Part shown: positions 11,690-21,794 of the stretch, piece after piece
How the letters are laid out: each line of letters begins with the position of its first letter
Position numbering within the stretch: position 1 is the first letter of the stretch
Assembly: GCA_019828565.1 (NCBI GenBank)
Contig: JAHDYR010000038.1
Location: 822,735 to 886,734 of the forward strand
DNA: 64,000 nt
DNA from: Carpediemonas membranifera BICM
Lineage: Eukaryota > Protista > Fornicata
Direction of reading: 5' to 3'
Notes under the pieces: generated by a model
Database searches by the model: none
The model's input: the letters and a program-made list of their open reading frames with translations, nothing else
What the model was told of the DNA's origin: nothing
Made by a program: the position numbers and the translations under genes

Positions 11690-12457
11690 TCAGGCGAACC
11701 TGGCGACGTGGACGGCCTGGTCGGCGGCGTTGACTCGCTGTGTGACTCCAGCCACAGTCGCCGCCCGGTCCCGGCTACGAACGAGCCCGTCGATGTTCAC
11801 CTGCCCCTCGGTCTTGCGAAGGACCTCAATGTGCTCGTGGAAGGTGACGTGGCTCGGCGGGAGGGCGCCTACGGTGTCGAAGTGGGCCTTGAGCTCATCG
11901 AGCAGGTCGTCGTCGGCAAACTTGCCATCAGCAGCGACACTGCCCGGGCGGTGATTGTTGGCAGTCTTGATGAGAACTGGGTCGATGGGGATGCGGCCGA
12001 GGCGCTTGGTCTCGGGGTTCATGCCGACGACTGCGATCTTGACGTAGAACGTCGCCGCGACCTTGCCGCCGTACTCGATCTGCTGGATCAGGTAGAGACC
12101 GGAATCATCGACGTCCGTGACCATGGTCCGGATGCTGAAGGGTCGGTACATGCGGGGCAGCGGGTGGTCCGAGAGCGAGAGCTGGGCTGATGCAACGACG
12201 AAGCCGGTGCCGTTAAAGGCGGTCTTAAGGAGGCCGAACCGGACTAAGAGCTCAGCTCTAGCATATTCGAACATCCTCAGGATCCCGGCTTGGCTCAGAC
12301 GGAGGGAATTATCAACATCGAACCAACCAGCGTACTCGCGCGTCGTGAAGACGGACGACAATGACGCTGGCCCCTTGAATGTGGCAATGATTACGTGAGC
12401 AATCAGACGGAGGAGGTAGGGCAGCATCGAGGAATAAGCTTCGGGTGCTTGACTCAT
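11690..12457 (-). CDS. Hotdog-fold thioesterase-like protein (THEM6/4HBT-like)
   Basis: WFDVDNSLRLSQAGILRMFEYAR resembles the thioesterase D-x-D...aR motif, followed by YRPFSIRTMVTDVDD beta strands. Confidence 0.6.
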   Translation of the reverse strand: MSQAPEAYSSMLPYLLRLIAHVIIATFKGPASLSSVFTTREYAGWFDVDNSLRLSQAGILRMFEYARAELLVRFGLLKTAFNGTGFVVASAQLSLSDHPLPRMYRPFSIRTMVTDVDDSGLYLIQQIEYGGKVAATFYVKIAVVGMNPETKRLGRIPIDPVLIKTANNHRPGSVAADGKFADDDLLDELKAHFDTVGALPPSHVTFHEHIEVLRKTEGQVNIDGLVRSRDRAATVAGVTQRVNAADQAVHVARFA

Positions 12458-12730
12458 CGCTCGCTGAGCTCGTCAAATTCCAAATCTCAAGATCGCACCC
12501 GGCCACTACAGTACTGTAGCCATGTCACACTCCCCACCCCGAACCAGCACCGCCGCTTTCCTGACAAAATTTCAACGCGCTATCTGACGAAATTTTGTGG
12601 CTCAAAACGGCCTCGAAAAATTGGTCCCAAAATTTCGGCACAAAGCATGTCCAATGCGCCTTGCATGCGTTAGTTTACAGTGGCTATACCGACCGCGTTC
12701 TCCATAGACCCGAGTGCAGACCCCTGTCGA

Positions 12731-13270
12731 TCAGGTCCCAACGACAGAGTAGAACAGGTCGTCGGGAAGCCGGCCCGTCAGACGCTCATACAGGTCCTCG
12801 ATGTCGTCGATACACCCGCCCCTGGACTCCGCGATGATGGCCTGCAGCAGGGCCAGGATTGTCCGGGTCTGACAGACGATAAGACGGGTTCCGGTCCCGT
12901 CGAGGAGCTCAAGCAGTCGCTGGCGTATGATCTTACCATCAGTGACATCCATGACAGACTCTGGGGGCGATAGGTTGTCGTACGGCCCGGTGGCGCTCAG
13001 TGGGACATCTGTGAGCGTCTGCTCGATGGGTGGAAGGAGCCCAAGCTCACTGGACATGGCGTAGATCGGCCCATAGGGACCGTGTTCGTCATACAGGCCC
13101 GGTGGGAGCGGCCTGTGGTACACGATGACGATGCGGGCACGGCCGGGGGCCATTTTAGTGATCATATGCAATGAATTGATGTTCATTCGCGTTGGAATGA
13201 GAGAAACCATGATATCTGGATCCGGCGTGTAGCTGAAAAGCTCCGGTGGTAGTATCGCCGCACCTTGCAT
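12731..13270 (-). CDS. Hypothetical protein
   Basis: ORF from ATG 13270 fills the gap between neighbouring genes; no recognised motif. Confidence 0.45.
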   Translation of the reverse strand: MQGAAILPPELFSYTPDPDIMVSLIPTRMNINSLHMITKMAPGRARIVIVYHRPLPPGLYDEHGPYGPIYAMSSELGLLPPIEQTLTDVPLSATGPYDNLSPPESVMDVTDGKIIRQRLLELLDGTGTRLIVCQTRTILALLQAIIAESRGGCIDDIEDLYERLTGRLPDDLFYSVVGT

Positions 13271-13313
13271 CGTTCTCCCCTCCACTCCCAGTCGCTGCGA
13301 GTCGTTTACTCCG

Positions 13314-14645
13314 TCAGTCAAAGACCGGCGCCACAGCACCCCCGGCCCGCTTCACGCCGTCCCGCCGCACAGGCTTGAATAACGACATCGTCGTCGACCC
13401 CAGCATCTCGAGCAGCTGCGACCCGCCATCCTCTGCGGGGGCGGGGACGGGGCGGCCTGGGGCCGGGTTCCAGCGTCGGTGGACCCTAGTGACCGTGGGG
13501 GGCGAGCAGCTGGACTGACGGAGCCCGGCTTCGGCCCTCGAAGTAAGAGGCCGCCGTGTTGGGGCTGGCTGCGAGGACTGCCGCATGAACTGGCTCGCGT
13601 CGTCCGAGCGGACCTTATCGGACAGATGAAGTCGGTACAGCCGCCCCTTTCTGTTGAAGGGCAGGCGGGTGGTCGGGTGGAGCTGGCCGTCCGCCACACC
13701 ACGGGCCACGGCGTCGTCCAGGGCAGGGCCGAGGAAGGCGGTGTCGGCCGGGGCGACTGTGAGTGGAGTCAAGTGCACTAAAGTGCGAGTTCTCGGGTCA
13801 AATACCCGTTGGTGCCGGAAACAGAGTCTGGCCTTTGTGTAGTTCGCAGAGTAGTCGGCCGGCACCTGGTATTTGCCGGAGAGTGCGAGCTGGAGGATGG
13901 CCCGCTCCCCCGACCCCGTCTCCTTCACCAGCTTGAACGCCGTCTTGAGCCCTACCCGGGGCACTGACGGGAGGTAGTCGCACCCCGAGAGGATGCAGGC
14001 GTCCAGGATGGCGTCGTCGGTCACCCTGCGGAAGTCCATGGCGGCGGTGTCCCCGATCTTGGTGAGGTCCAGATAGGCGCCGGTTCCGTCATTTTGGAGC
14101 TTCAGTAGCATGTGCTTGACCCCGAATGGGATCATATCGCTGTCCTCGGTGATGACAAGGTCGACCAGGCCCTCGCGGTAGAGGTAGGCAAGCTGTGGGT
14201 CGGCCTCGTATGGTGCTACGATCACCTGCACGCCCATAGCGACCAAGATGCGCTGCACCCGGGCCGCCATCTCGGCGTTGACGTCGATCGCCTTCATGTA
14301 CTCCCGGTAGGCTTCTGCAGCGTCCATAGTCTTGGCGGCATCCAGTGCTTCTTGGCGGCGTTGGGCGCGGTCCTCCTCTGTCCCAGACTTCGACGGCAGG
14401 GGGCCGCCGTCAAATACGATAATGGGGGTAATATTCGCGTCTTGCAGCATGCGAACACGACCTATGAAGCCGTTAATCCATGCGTTGCACGGTTTCCCCT
14501 GGCATAGATCCTCTGCGCAGGCAACGGCAAAGCGATGGAGCCAGCAATAGCCATCGATGGCTGCTCGCTTCCCTGCGAACTTTGATATGTGAGTATGATC
14601 TTCTGTGATGCTCTTAAATGTCTGTAGCAGTCCCTTTATGCCCAT
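13314..14645 (-). CDS. EXO1: Exonuclease 1 (XPG/FEN1 superfamily)
   Basis: MGIKGLL, AIDGYCWLHR, VFDGGPLPSK, APYEADPQLAYL, TEDSD, LSGCDYLPS (H3TH), FRHQRVFDP. Confidence 0.93.
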   Translation of the reverse strand: MGIKGLLQTFKSITEDHTHISKFAGKRAAIDGYCWLHRFAVACAEDLCQGKPCNAWINGFIGRVRMLQDANITPIIVFDGGPLPSKSGTEEDRAQRRQEALDAAKTMDAAEAYREYMKAIDVNAEMAARVQRILVAMGVQVIVAPYEADPQLAYLYREGLVDLVITEDSDMIPFGVKHMLLKLQNDGTGAYLDLTKIGDTAAMDFRRVTDDAILDACILSGCDYLPSVPRVGLKTAFKLVKETGSGERAILQLALSGKYQVPADYSANYTKARLCFRHQRVFDPRTRTLVHLTPLTVAPADTAFLGPALDDAVARGVADGQLHPTTRLPFNRKGRLYRLHLSDKVRSDDASQFMRQSSQPAPTRRPLTSRAEAGLRQSSCSPPTVTRVHRRWNPAPGRPVPAPAEDGGSQLLEMLGSTTMSLFKPVRRDGVKRAGGAVAPVFD

Positions 14646-14738
14646 CCGGCGTTGTCGTTTTCCGCCACCGACTCGACCGACTCTGCTTCACGTGACCAAA
14701 TACTGCCAGGATCTTCCCCCACCGCGGTCCTGTTTATG

Positions 14739-16394
14739 TTACACGTCAGCCCCAGTCACAGGGTAACTAGGCTCATCGCTACCTACCATCCCGTTGAATA
14801 ACTCGGCCTGCTCAACGGACTTGGGTGCAGCGCGTGCCGCCTTCATCGCCTTCTTGGGGGACACCAGGATCAGCAGCACGAGTCCGCCGAAGAACAGCAG
14901 GCTGAGGGAGGCCAGCCCCCACCTGACGTTGAGCACGGTCGAGGTCACCCCGACGAGTATGGGGCCCATGAACACTGAGAACTTGCCCAGCATGTTGAAG
15001 AAGCCGAAGAACTGGGTCTCTCGCTCAGGTGGGATCATCCGTGCGAACAGTGACCGCGACAGGGCCTGGGTACCGCCCATGACAAGGGCCGTCACGAAGG
15101 AAAGCATGAAGAAGTGGAGCGCGTTGGACATGAAGATGGCCGCCACGACTGACCCAACCGTGAAGATGACCAGGGCGATCATGATGGCAGGCTTGGGGCC
15201 GATCAGCTTGCCCAGCACACCGTAACCGAGGGCCGCCGGAAAAGCGCAGAACTGGACCATCAGAAGCGCCAGCATCAGATTCAGGTCGGATATACCGAGC
15301 TCTGCGCCCATAGAGGCGGCTGTGTGAGACGGGGCGGGGGTGGCGTACCTAGGCGGATGGTGGTATCGACCCCGTCCTGTGTGAGATCATCATCGGGGAC
15401 TTACAATGTATAGCCAGTAGCTGGCGAGGAAGAGGGCGAGCTGGCGGTAGTGGCCGAAGGACTTGACTGTCTCGTAAACGTCCCTGGGGACGCGGGCCAG
15501 GGCCTGGCCGATTGGAAGACTGTTGGCAGGGGGCAGCTCCCGGACGAAGAGGAGCGTGGGTAAGGTGAAGGCGGACCACCACACAGCGGTCGATGCGAAG
15601 GCCAGCCGCATGGGGATAGACCCGAGGCTGGAGGGGGAGGCGAAGATCATCACGATCTGGATGACGAGGAGGACACCGCCGCCGACGTAACCAAAGGCAT
15701 AGCCGCTGCTGGAGACGACGTCAACCATGGATGGGCAGTACCGCGACGCCGAGGGGAGGAGAGAATCGTAGAAGACGTTGCTGCCGGAGAACCCTACGAT
15801 GCTGACCATGTAACAGAGCAGGGCCAACCACCACCAGTCCGCGGGTACGGCGGCTAGGGCTAGGCAGCCGAGCACGCCGATGGCACAGAAGAAGGCGAGG
15901 AAGGGTTTCCTGGACCTGGAGTTGTCGGCCAGGGCGCCTAAGAAGGGCGCACTGATGGACACCACGATGGCGGGCAGGGAGTTGGCCAGCCCAAGGGTGA
16001 GCTGGTCGTATCTGTCCATGGACTCGGGCAGGAAGTATGAGCTGTAGTAGATGGGGAAGAGTGTCGACATGATGGAGGTGGCGTACCCGCTGTTCCCGAC
16101 GTCGTACGAGGAGAACGCGAGGGTGGAGACAACCGACCGGCCTATCTGCCGCGGGCGCTTTTCTTTCAGCCCAGGCAGTGACAAGGGGACGTTTGGCGGG
16201 ACGGTGGGCATTTCTGAGTCTTCCGGAGCAGATAGGGTGCCTTCGCTCTCTGCGCTGCTCGTTTCTTGCCCGGATGGTTGATCGCTGGGCTCTGCGGTCA
16301 AATCTCGGTCCGAAACCTCCTCAAAGGAAACTAATTCATCGCTTCCAGCATCACTATGTTCATGTATTTCGGTTGTACGGTCTGATGAGGACAT
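14739..16394 (-). CDS. MFS transporter, Atg22/UMF1 family; introns 15377-15404 and 15320-15348 flank a 28-nt microexon
   Basis: YDVGNS, PFLGALAD, NVFYDSLLP, GYAFGYVGG, GTQALSRSLFARMIP. The spliced junction restores YWLYIDGVDTTIRLA. Confidence 0.9.
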
Positions 16395-16835
16395 TAGAGT
16401 TGTATTGAATCTTTCGGACAGAATTAGACGGCTGTAGGTTGCCAGGTAAGTCGATCTCGCAGCCGACAAGAGAACAGAGGGGGAGGGTGACAGGGCAGTG
16501 TTATGTTGTGCATTACACCAGACTGGCCCGACCGAGAGACCGCCGTAAATGCCCTAAACTGCCTGGTGCAGGATAAGACTACCTTCTGTGCTGGGTATAA
16601 CAGGTATCACGGTCCGGACTCATGACAACAAGCGTGACAACAAGTGGTTCGAGCTGACAGTGGACGATATCTACGGAAGATACAATTAGATTCGACTCAA
16701 TCTTCGACCAGGCCGAGGCAGCGATGGCGGTGTCATCACTCCCCGTGTCGACCAGGCTGGGTGGCGAGAGATTTGACGAGCTCAACGCACAACGACAACG
16801 AGGAGGGTGTCCAAGGCAAAGAGACGACGGGAACG

Positions 16836-17900
16836 ATGGCATACAATGGATTCCTGATTGTTGGTCTGAATAATGGCCTGTTGATGCACCACAGCGTGTA
16901 CCGCCCGTGCTTTGGCCTGAACGAGGAGCAGATGTCGAGTATGGCCGATCTAAGCCGCGTGGCGAGCGTTCTATGGGCCATTTTCCTCAATAGTAAGCGC
17001 ATGACGCCCAAAGAGAATATGGTTGACGCCACCAGCCACGAGAACCCGTGCTACCTCTCGCTGAGCTTCCACGGCCACCGCATCGAGTTCCTCGTCAACG
17101 AGCAGCATCGGATCCTGACTGTGCTGGCCACGGACACCGACACGGAGAGCTCCCGGTTCCTCTTGGAGAAGCTCACGTCATCGTTCTGCACTGCGTTCGG
17201 CGACCACCTTGTCAAGCAAAAGGCGCTCAAGCGGTTCGCCCAGTGGGACGAGGAGCCGGCCATCCTCACCCACTACGCCAACCACCTCTGCCGGAAGCTG
17301 GTCAAGGGGTTCAACACCGAGTGGGTTGTGGCCGCCCTGCTGCCCGACTCCGGCCTCGCATACCCCGTCCCCGACGTCAAGGCCGCCCTGCTTGAGTCGG
17401 ACGGTCACGCCCCGGTGCGGCTAGCCCCGCCTGACCTGCCCGAGGAGGCTGAGGCCCCACACCCCCGCCCGGCACCCCTGACCAAGCGCGGCATGCGGGA
17501 GGGCGGGCTGAGTCTCACCGTGCTGACGTCCCTGGGGTACGACAGATACACCCCCGCCGTCCTGACCGCGGCCGTGATGAAGACGGCGGCGAGTCTCGTC
17601 GGCCTCAGCACCGGGGCCATCACCCTGGAGCTGTCGTTCACAACCAGACGCCGACCCCGGCCACAGATAGCCCACCTCGGGGGGACCAACCGCCTTTACG
17701 TCGACAAGGCTGTCGTCACAGTCGAGGGCCTCTTCCTCCTCGCCGTCAGCGCCCCCAGCTTCCGCCACGACGCCGCCACCCCGCCCCTCCACCTGCTGAG
17801 GGAGCGGTGTGCGGCTGATGTGGAGGCCCTGGGCCGGACCCTGGCCCAGCTCCACGACCTGGGGCTGCGGGGGGAGGTGCAGGCCGAGCTCGGGGGATGA
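16836..17900 (+). CDS. Longin-like domain protein
   Basis: N-terminal FLIVGLNNGLLMHH and ILTVLATD...FLLEKLTSSFCTAFG pattern typical of longin folds. Confidence 0.5.
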   Translation: MAYNGFLIVGLNNGLLMHHSVYRPCFGLNEEQMSSMADLSRVASVLWAIFLNSKRMTPKENMVDATSHENPCYLSLSFHGHRIEFLVNEQHRILTVLATDTDTESSRFLLEKLTSSFCTAFGDHLVKQKALKRFAQWDEEPAILTHYANHLCRKLVKGFNTEWVVAALLPDSGLAYPVPDVKAALLESDGHAPVRLAPPDLPEEAEAPHPRPAPLTKRGMREGGLSLTVLTSLGYDRYTPAVLTAAVMKTAASLVGLSTGAITLELSFTTRRRPRPQIAHLGGTNRLYVDKAVVTVEGLFLLAVSAPSFRHDAATPPLHLLRERCAADVEALGRTLAQLHDLGLRGEVQAELGG

Positions 17901-18154
17901 GATGATGTTGCGTGTTGTTATTATTGAGAATTGGGGTGGTGGGAGACGCCAGCCGTGATAAACTGCACTTTCAGAACTGGTGATGGGTGATCCACTCCAG
18001 CAAGGAAGGCGAACTGGTCGACGTTGGCGCCGTCGCTGTGCCGAGGGTCGGGCAGACCAACCGGAGCACCAACCAATCGACCAAGAGTCGGAATGATAAA
18101 TGCGATGGTCAAGCCAGGCCATGGGATTTACGTGTTAGTGCCATCATGTACATC

Positions 18155-18637
18155 TCAGTCGGCGTGGTCGAGCGACACCACAGCCCCCCTAAGCCCCCGC
18201 CCCCGGGCCGGCAGCGGCGGCTTCCTCGGCCCGAGCGGCTTCTGGGCGATCTCCGAGGGCAGCGGCTCGAACTCGAACCTGCCCGACCTCAAGACAGGCA
18301 GGTCTGGGTCCAGGGCGTCCTCGTCGACGTCCGTCCCGAACCCGGAGTCCTCGATCAGCTTCGACTCGCACCGACTCTCGGATTTGGGCTCGGTCGGCTC
18401 TAGCTCACCAGCGTATGCCTCGTTGGCCCCTGTCTTGGCGGTCTGCCCCCGAGTCACAGAGTCGAGCCCCGCCTTGAAGACCTCCACCAGCGTCTGGTAG
18501 TCGACGTGCTCGAGCCGAGTCTGGATCAGCCCCCTGACGTCCGTCGGCAGGGCGGCGACCAGCCGGGCCGACGCCAGCCGCTCGAACCGGACCACGTCCT
18601 CGGCTGACAGCGTCGGGCCCCTTGATGCCCATGCCAA
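18155..18637 (-). CDS. Hypothetical protein (start uncertain)
   Basis: Open frame with host-like codon usage, but no in-frame ATG found. Confidence 0.3.
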   Translation of the reverse strand: MAWASRGPTLSAEDVVRFERLASARLVAALPTDVRGLIQTRLEHVDYQTLVEVFKAGLDSVTRGQTAKTGANEAYAGELEPTEPKSESRCESKLIEDSGFGTDVDEDALDPDLPVLRSGRFEFEPLPSEIAQKPLGPRKPPLPARGRGLRGAVVSLDHAD

Positions 18638-18650
18638 TAAACATTCTCCT

Positions 18651-19365
18651 TTACTTCTTAAATTGCTTCACGGCGGCGTCACGGATGGCGCCGACACATT
18701 CGGCCTGCTCGCCGAGCTTCATCTTGGCGAGGGCATACGGGACAGACCCGACGGGGTCGGACATGAAGATGTACGTGATGCGGACCTTGCCGTCGGCCAT
18801 CTTCTTGAACATAAGGGCGGACTTCATGACGACGCCCCTGACGACGCCCTTGACTGGGGGGTGCGAGTCGACCTTCACCGAGGTCAGAACGGCCCAGCGC
18901 TCACTGTCGTCGTCGCTCTTGCCGAGGGTTCTCAGCATGAGCGAGTCCCGAGGGGAGATGAAGGCGGTGGGGGATCGGAAGCGGAGGTAAATGACGTCAA
19001 GGCCGTAGGGCTCGCCCTCGGGCTTGAACTCTTCGACGGTGTGGATGTCCTTCGTGTTGGTGCGGTCCCAGTCGTAGCGCTTGGAGTCATCGACGGCGTA
19101 CTCCCAGATCTCGTCCATGGTGAGGTCGACGACAGCGTCGCCGCGGAAGAAGTCTGCGTGAGGAGAGGATGGTGTGAAACATACCGAACTTGCTTCCTTC
19201 GGGAAGCCACTTGGTAACGAGGACGTTCTTCTTCGTGTACTGCTTCTTCCAGCGAGTATTGGTGTCGGTGAGGGGATCTTCGCGGAGGTAGCTCAGCATC
19301 TCCTCACGATAGGATTCCATGAGGGGCTTGGCCTCCTCCACAGTGGGGATCTCGGTGTTGACCAT
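18651..19365 (-). CDS. START (lipid-binding) domain protein; intron 19154-19184
   Basis: RYDWD, ISPRDS, HPPVKGVVRG, SDPVGSVP. A 31-nt intron GTATGT...CTCACGCAG restores the frame. Confidence 0.88.
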
Positions 19366-19401
19366 TTTGTCTTGTATTCTACTTTCTGGCTGCAGGCGAG
19401 C

Positions 19402-19520
19402 TGTTGCGCAGAATAAACACATTTTTCGAACCTCCAGACAGGGCCTGAAAGGAACGATCAAAGTGCCAAACTGTACAACATCATCCGTCCGTAGACGAAT
19501 GTTGGCGGTTAGCCAATTGA
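19402..19520 (-). ncRNA. Putative omegaRNA scaffold plus guide of Fanzor copy A
   Basis: Hairpin UUGGC-UAACC-GCCAA (19502-19516) and a C(UACG)G tetraloop hairpin (19486-19497) overlap the ORF end, followed by the 22-nt repeat. Confidence 0.55.
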
Positions 19521-21327
19521 TGATACTGGAATGATGTTGGAAGGCGCGGGATCAATGTGCGACTGAACGGAGAGCCACTGAGCTCATCTTCCGTGGCAAG
19601 AGAACGCCACAGGATGTTCTCTGCAGCACTCTTGTCCCGATGATCAACATTCAGAGCATCAGGAACTGTTGCGCGCCACTGAGCACCACGGCACTGTGGA
19701 TTTTCGCAGAGCATCACACGATGTGGGTGAACGTGCTGGTCATCACGCGGACGAACTCGCTTGTAGGGGGCGTGGCAGTGAGGGCAGACGACGGTGGTGC
19801 GATCCTCGTTAACCATGTTAAGATCGACGACAATGTTATACCCCTTGAGAAGGGGAACTATCTCTCTCGCGAACTTTCGATATGGCGCGCAAGGAATGAA
19901 CATACCAGCAGGCGTGGTGAATCCCGAGCTCCCGTAGAAGACTTTCAGGCGAATGGGGGTGGCGATGGGATGGTGGCGACCGAACTCCCGAGCCAACTGT
20001 TGGCCGCAGCGGGCGAAGTGCTTCTGGCGAAGGATGTGGTTCGCAAAGCGCACTCGGCGGAAAGACTTACGCATTCCAGCCTCGAAAATGTCGTTCGCGT
20101 TGTCCAGCACAAACCTAATAGAGTTGTTGATACTCACTAGTCTTGTGCTCTTGAACGACGCGGCCGTCATATCAAAGCCGAAACTTGGCGTCTTAGTGTA
20201 TCCGCACTTTGGAAGGACGCCGGAGCTGGTGGTGCCATCGGGGTGCCTGATGTAATACCCTCCGATGGACCTCGCGCCCGGGTCGAACCCCATGAGGTGG
20301 GCATCAGGATCCGGCGCGGGCGGAGCCTCGGCATTATTGGTCCCGAGTCGGGGGCGCTCTTTCTCCCACCCCCTCGCTCGCTTTCGAACAGGCATGCTCG
20401 CATCATGTTGTGGCCGATAGTGGCCGCCTCGCTTAACCGTCACCGCCACACAGACCCCATCGGTGCTCAGGCTGAGCAGACGGCGGTGGCGTGTGGGAGC
20501 GTGGGAACAATTCCCACACGATGACAGAAGTTCTCGTTCAGTAGGCCCATCGTTTCACCGTAGGCCATGAAGCCCGGTCGGACGGGGGCCATGGGCACGA
20601 TCGGCACAAGGCGAGGCTGGCGGAGCGACATCGAGTACTCCCCGTTGAAGTGGCTGATGAGGCCACTCAACGTCTCCACTCCGTCAGCAATTGCCCAGAC
20701 GCAAGAGAGAATGCGTGGGGCAGCCTGGGAGACTGGGAGTCCGTCGTTCTCACCCATGTGAGTCGCCCAGAACAGCGAGGGGAGACACGCAAGGATCTCA
20801 GGGTTGACCATGTTGAGGATGGCGTGAACGCCGGCCAACTCCTGCTGGAAGAAGGCCGGAGAGCCAACACCTGCGAGAGCTTCTTCGAGTCGGGCGAGGG
20901 TGCCCTGTAGCCTGTCACGGTACGTCGTCACCGTGCGGGCGAGCCACAGCTTCACAGAGTTGGCGTATCGGGTGAACCACTTCCGGAGACTGGGACTCAC
21001 TCCATGCGACTCCGCACGACCTTCGAGCTGCGCGACCAGATCCTGCGTGGTAGTCTCCCGCCACATCGGCAGAGTGTCGAGCGACTGCACGATGGCCGCG
21101 TAGGCCTGACCCGGCTGACCGCCGCGTACATGTGTGAGCAGTCCGTTGTGGAAGTCGGCGTCATGTAGGGGGAGTTCCCGGCGCTGCGCATAGCATTCAA
21201 CCGCGAGCCGGGCCAGCAGGCATGAGTAGAGATATTTTGCTGCGGCGTAATCCCCCACTCTCAGTTCTTCGGTGTAGTTCTGTCTGAAAGCTTGCTTGAT
21301 GGAGGCTTTGATCGTATATATCTCCAT
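19481..21327 (-). CDS. Fanzor1 (TnpB-like RNA-guided RuvC nuclease), ~615 aa, one frameshift near 20490
   Basis: STDGVCV, RuvC-I GFDPG, SFKST..FRRVRFANHILRQK, VFYG, RuvC-II NEDRTT, CPHC...CENPQC Zn finger, RuvC-III HRDKSAAENIL. Adding one C in a C-run joins the two ORFs. Confidence 0.88.
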
Positions 21328-21564
21328 CTTGTTGCAGCTGATCATAGATGAAGATGACATATACGAGCCGACGATGAACACCATTACCAGCCTATACAAG
21401 TGTAGAAGTGAATTTAATGTGGAATAGAAGACAATGAGACGACGTGTGAGCGATTGTGATGTTTGCAGCTGTGCTGACGTCCACGAAGAAGACGCTTTGT
21501 GGAAGCCCAGGAGAAGACGATCTCCCTACCGACTTAAGACGTGAGTAGGAGGGAGACAGGGCAG

Positions 21565-21586
21565 TGTTGCGCAGTATAAACACATT
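21565..21586 (-). repeat. 22-bp direct repeat, 5' copy (partner at 19402-19423)
   Basis: Sense AATGTGTTTAT[A/T]CTGCGCAACA, 21/22 identical. Confidence 0.9.
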
Positions 21587-21794
21587 GTTGGACCCTTCAA
21601 TAGCACACGAGCGAGTGCCATAAACTGCTCGAGCACGGCAGTCGTGTTAAGTAGTGAGCGGTACAATGTGTCGGGCACTGGGCAAGGGATACCCCAGCAG
21701 CTGCCCTTTCCATCCCGACGATGTCCGTCAACACGGCGACCTCACCGCAAAGAGTAACACGTTTATGTCCAGTCCTCAACGCCTAATATACATC

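Larger units (their letters stand above)
19402..21690 (-). mobile_element. Fanzor1 element copy A (no transposase; outer 5' boundary approximate)
   Basis: Fanzor ORF, a 5' block homologous to copy C, a structured 3' region, and a 22-bp direct repeat at 21565-21586 / 19402-19423. Confidence 0.7.

Noticed and set aside
20467-20520. Intron or programmed frameshift joining the Fanzor A ORFs
   Set aside because: No CTCAC-type branch/acceptor is present, and adding one C in a C run restores homology with copies B and C
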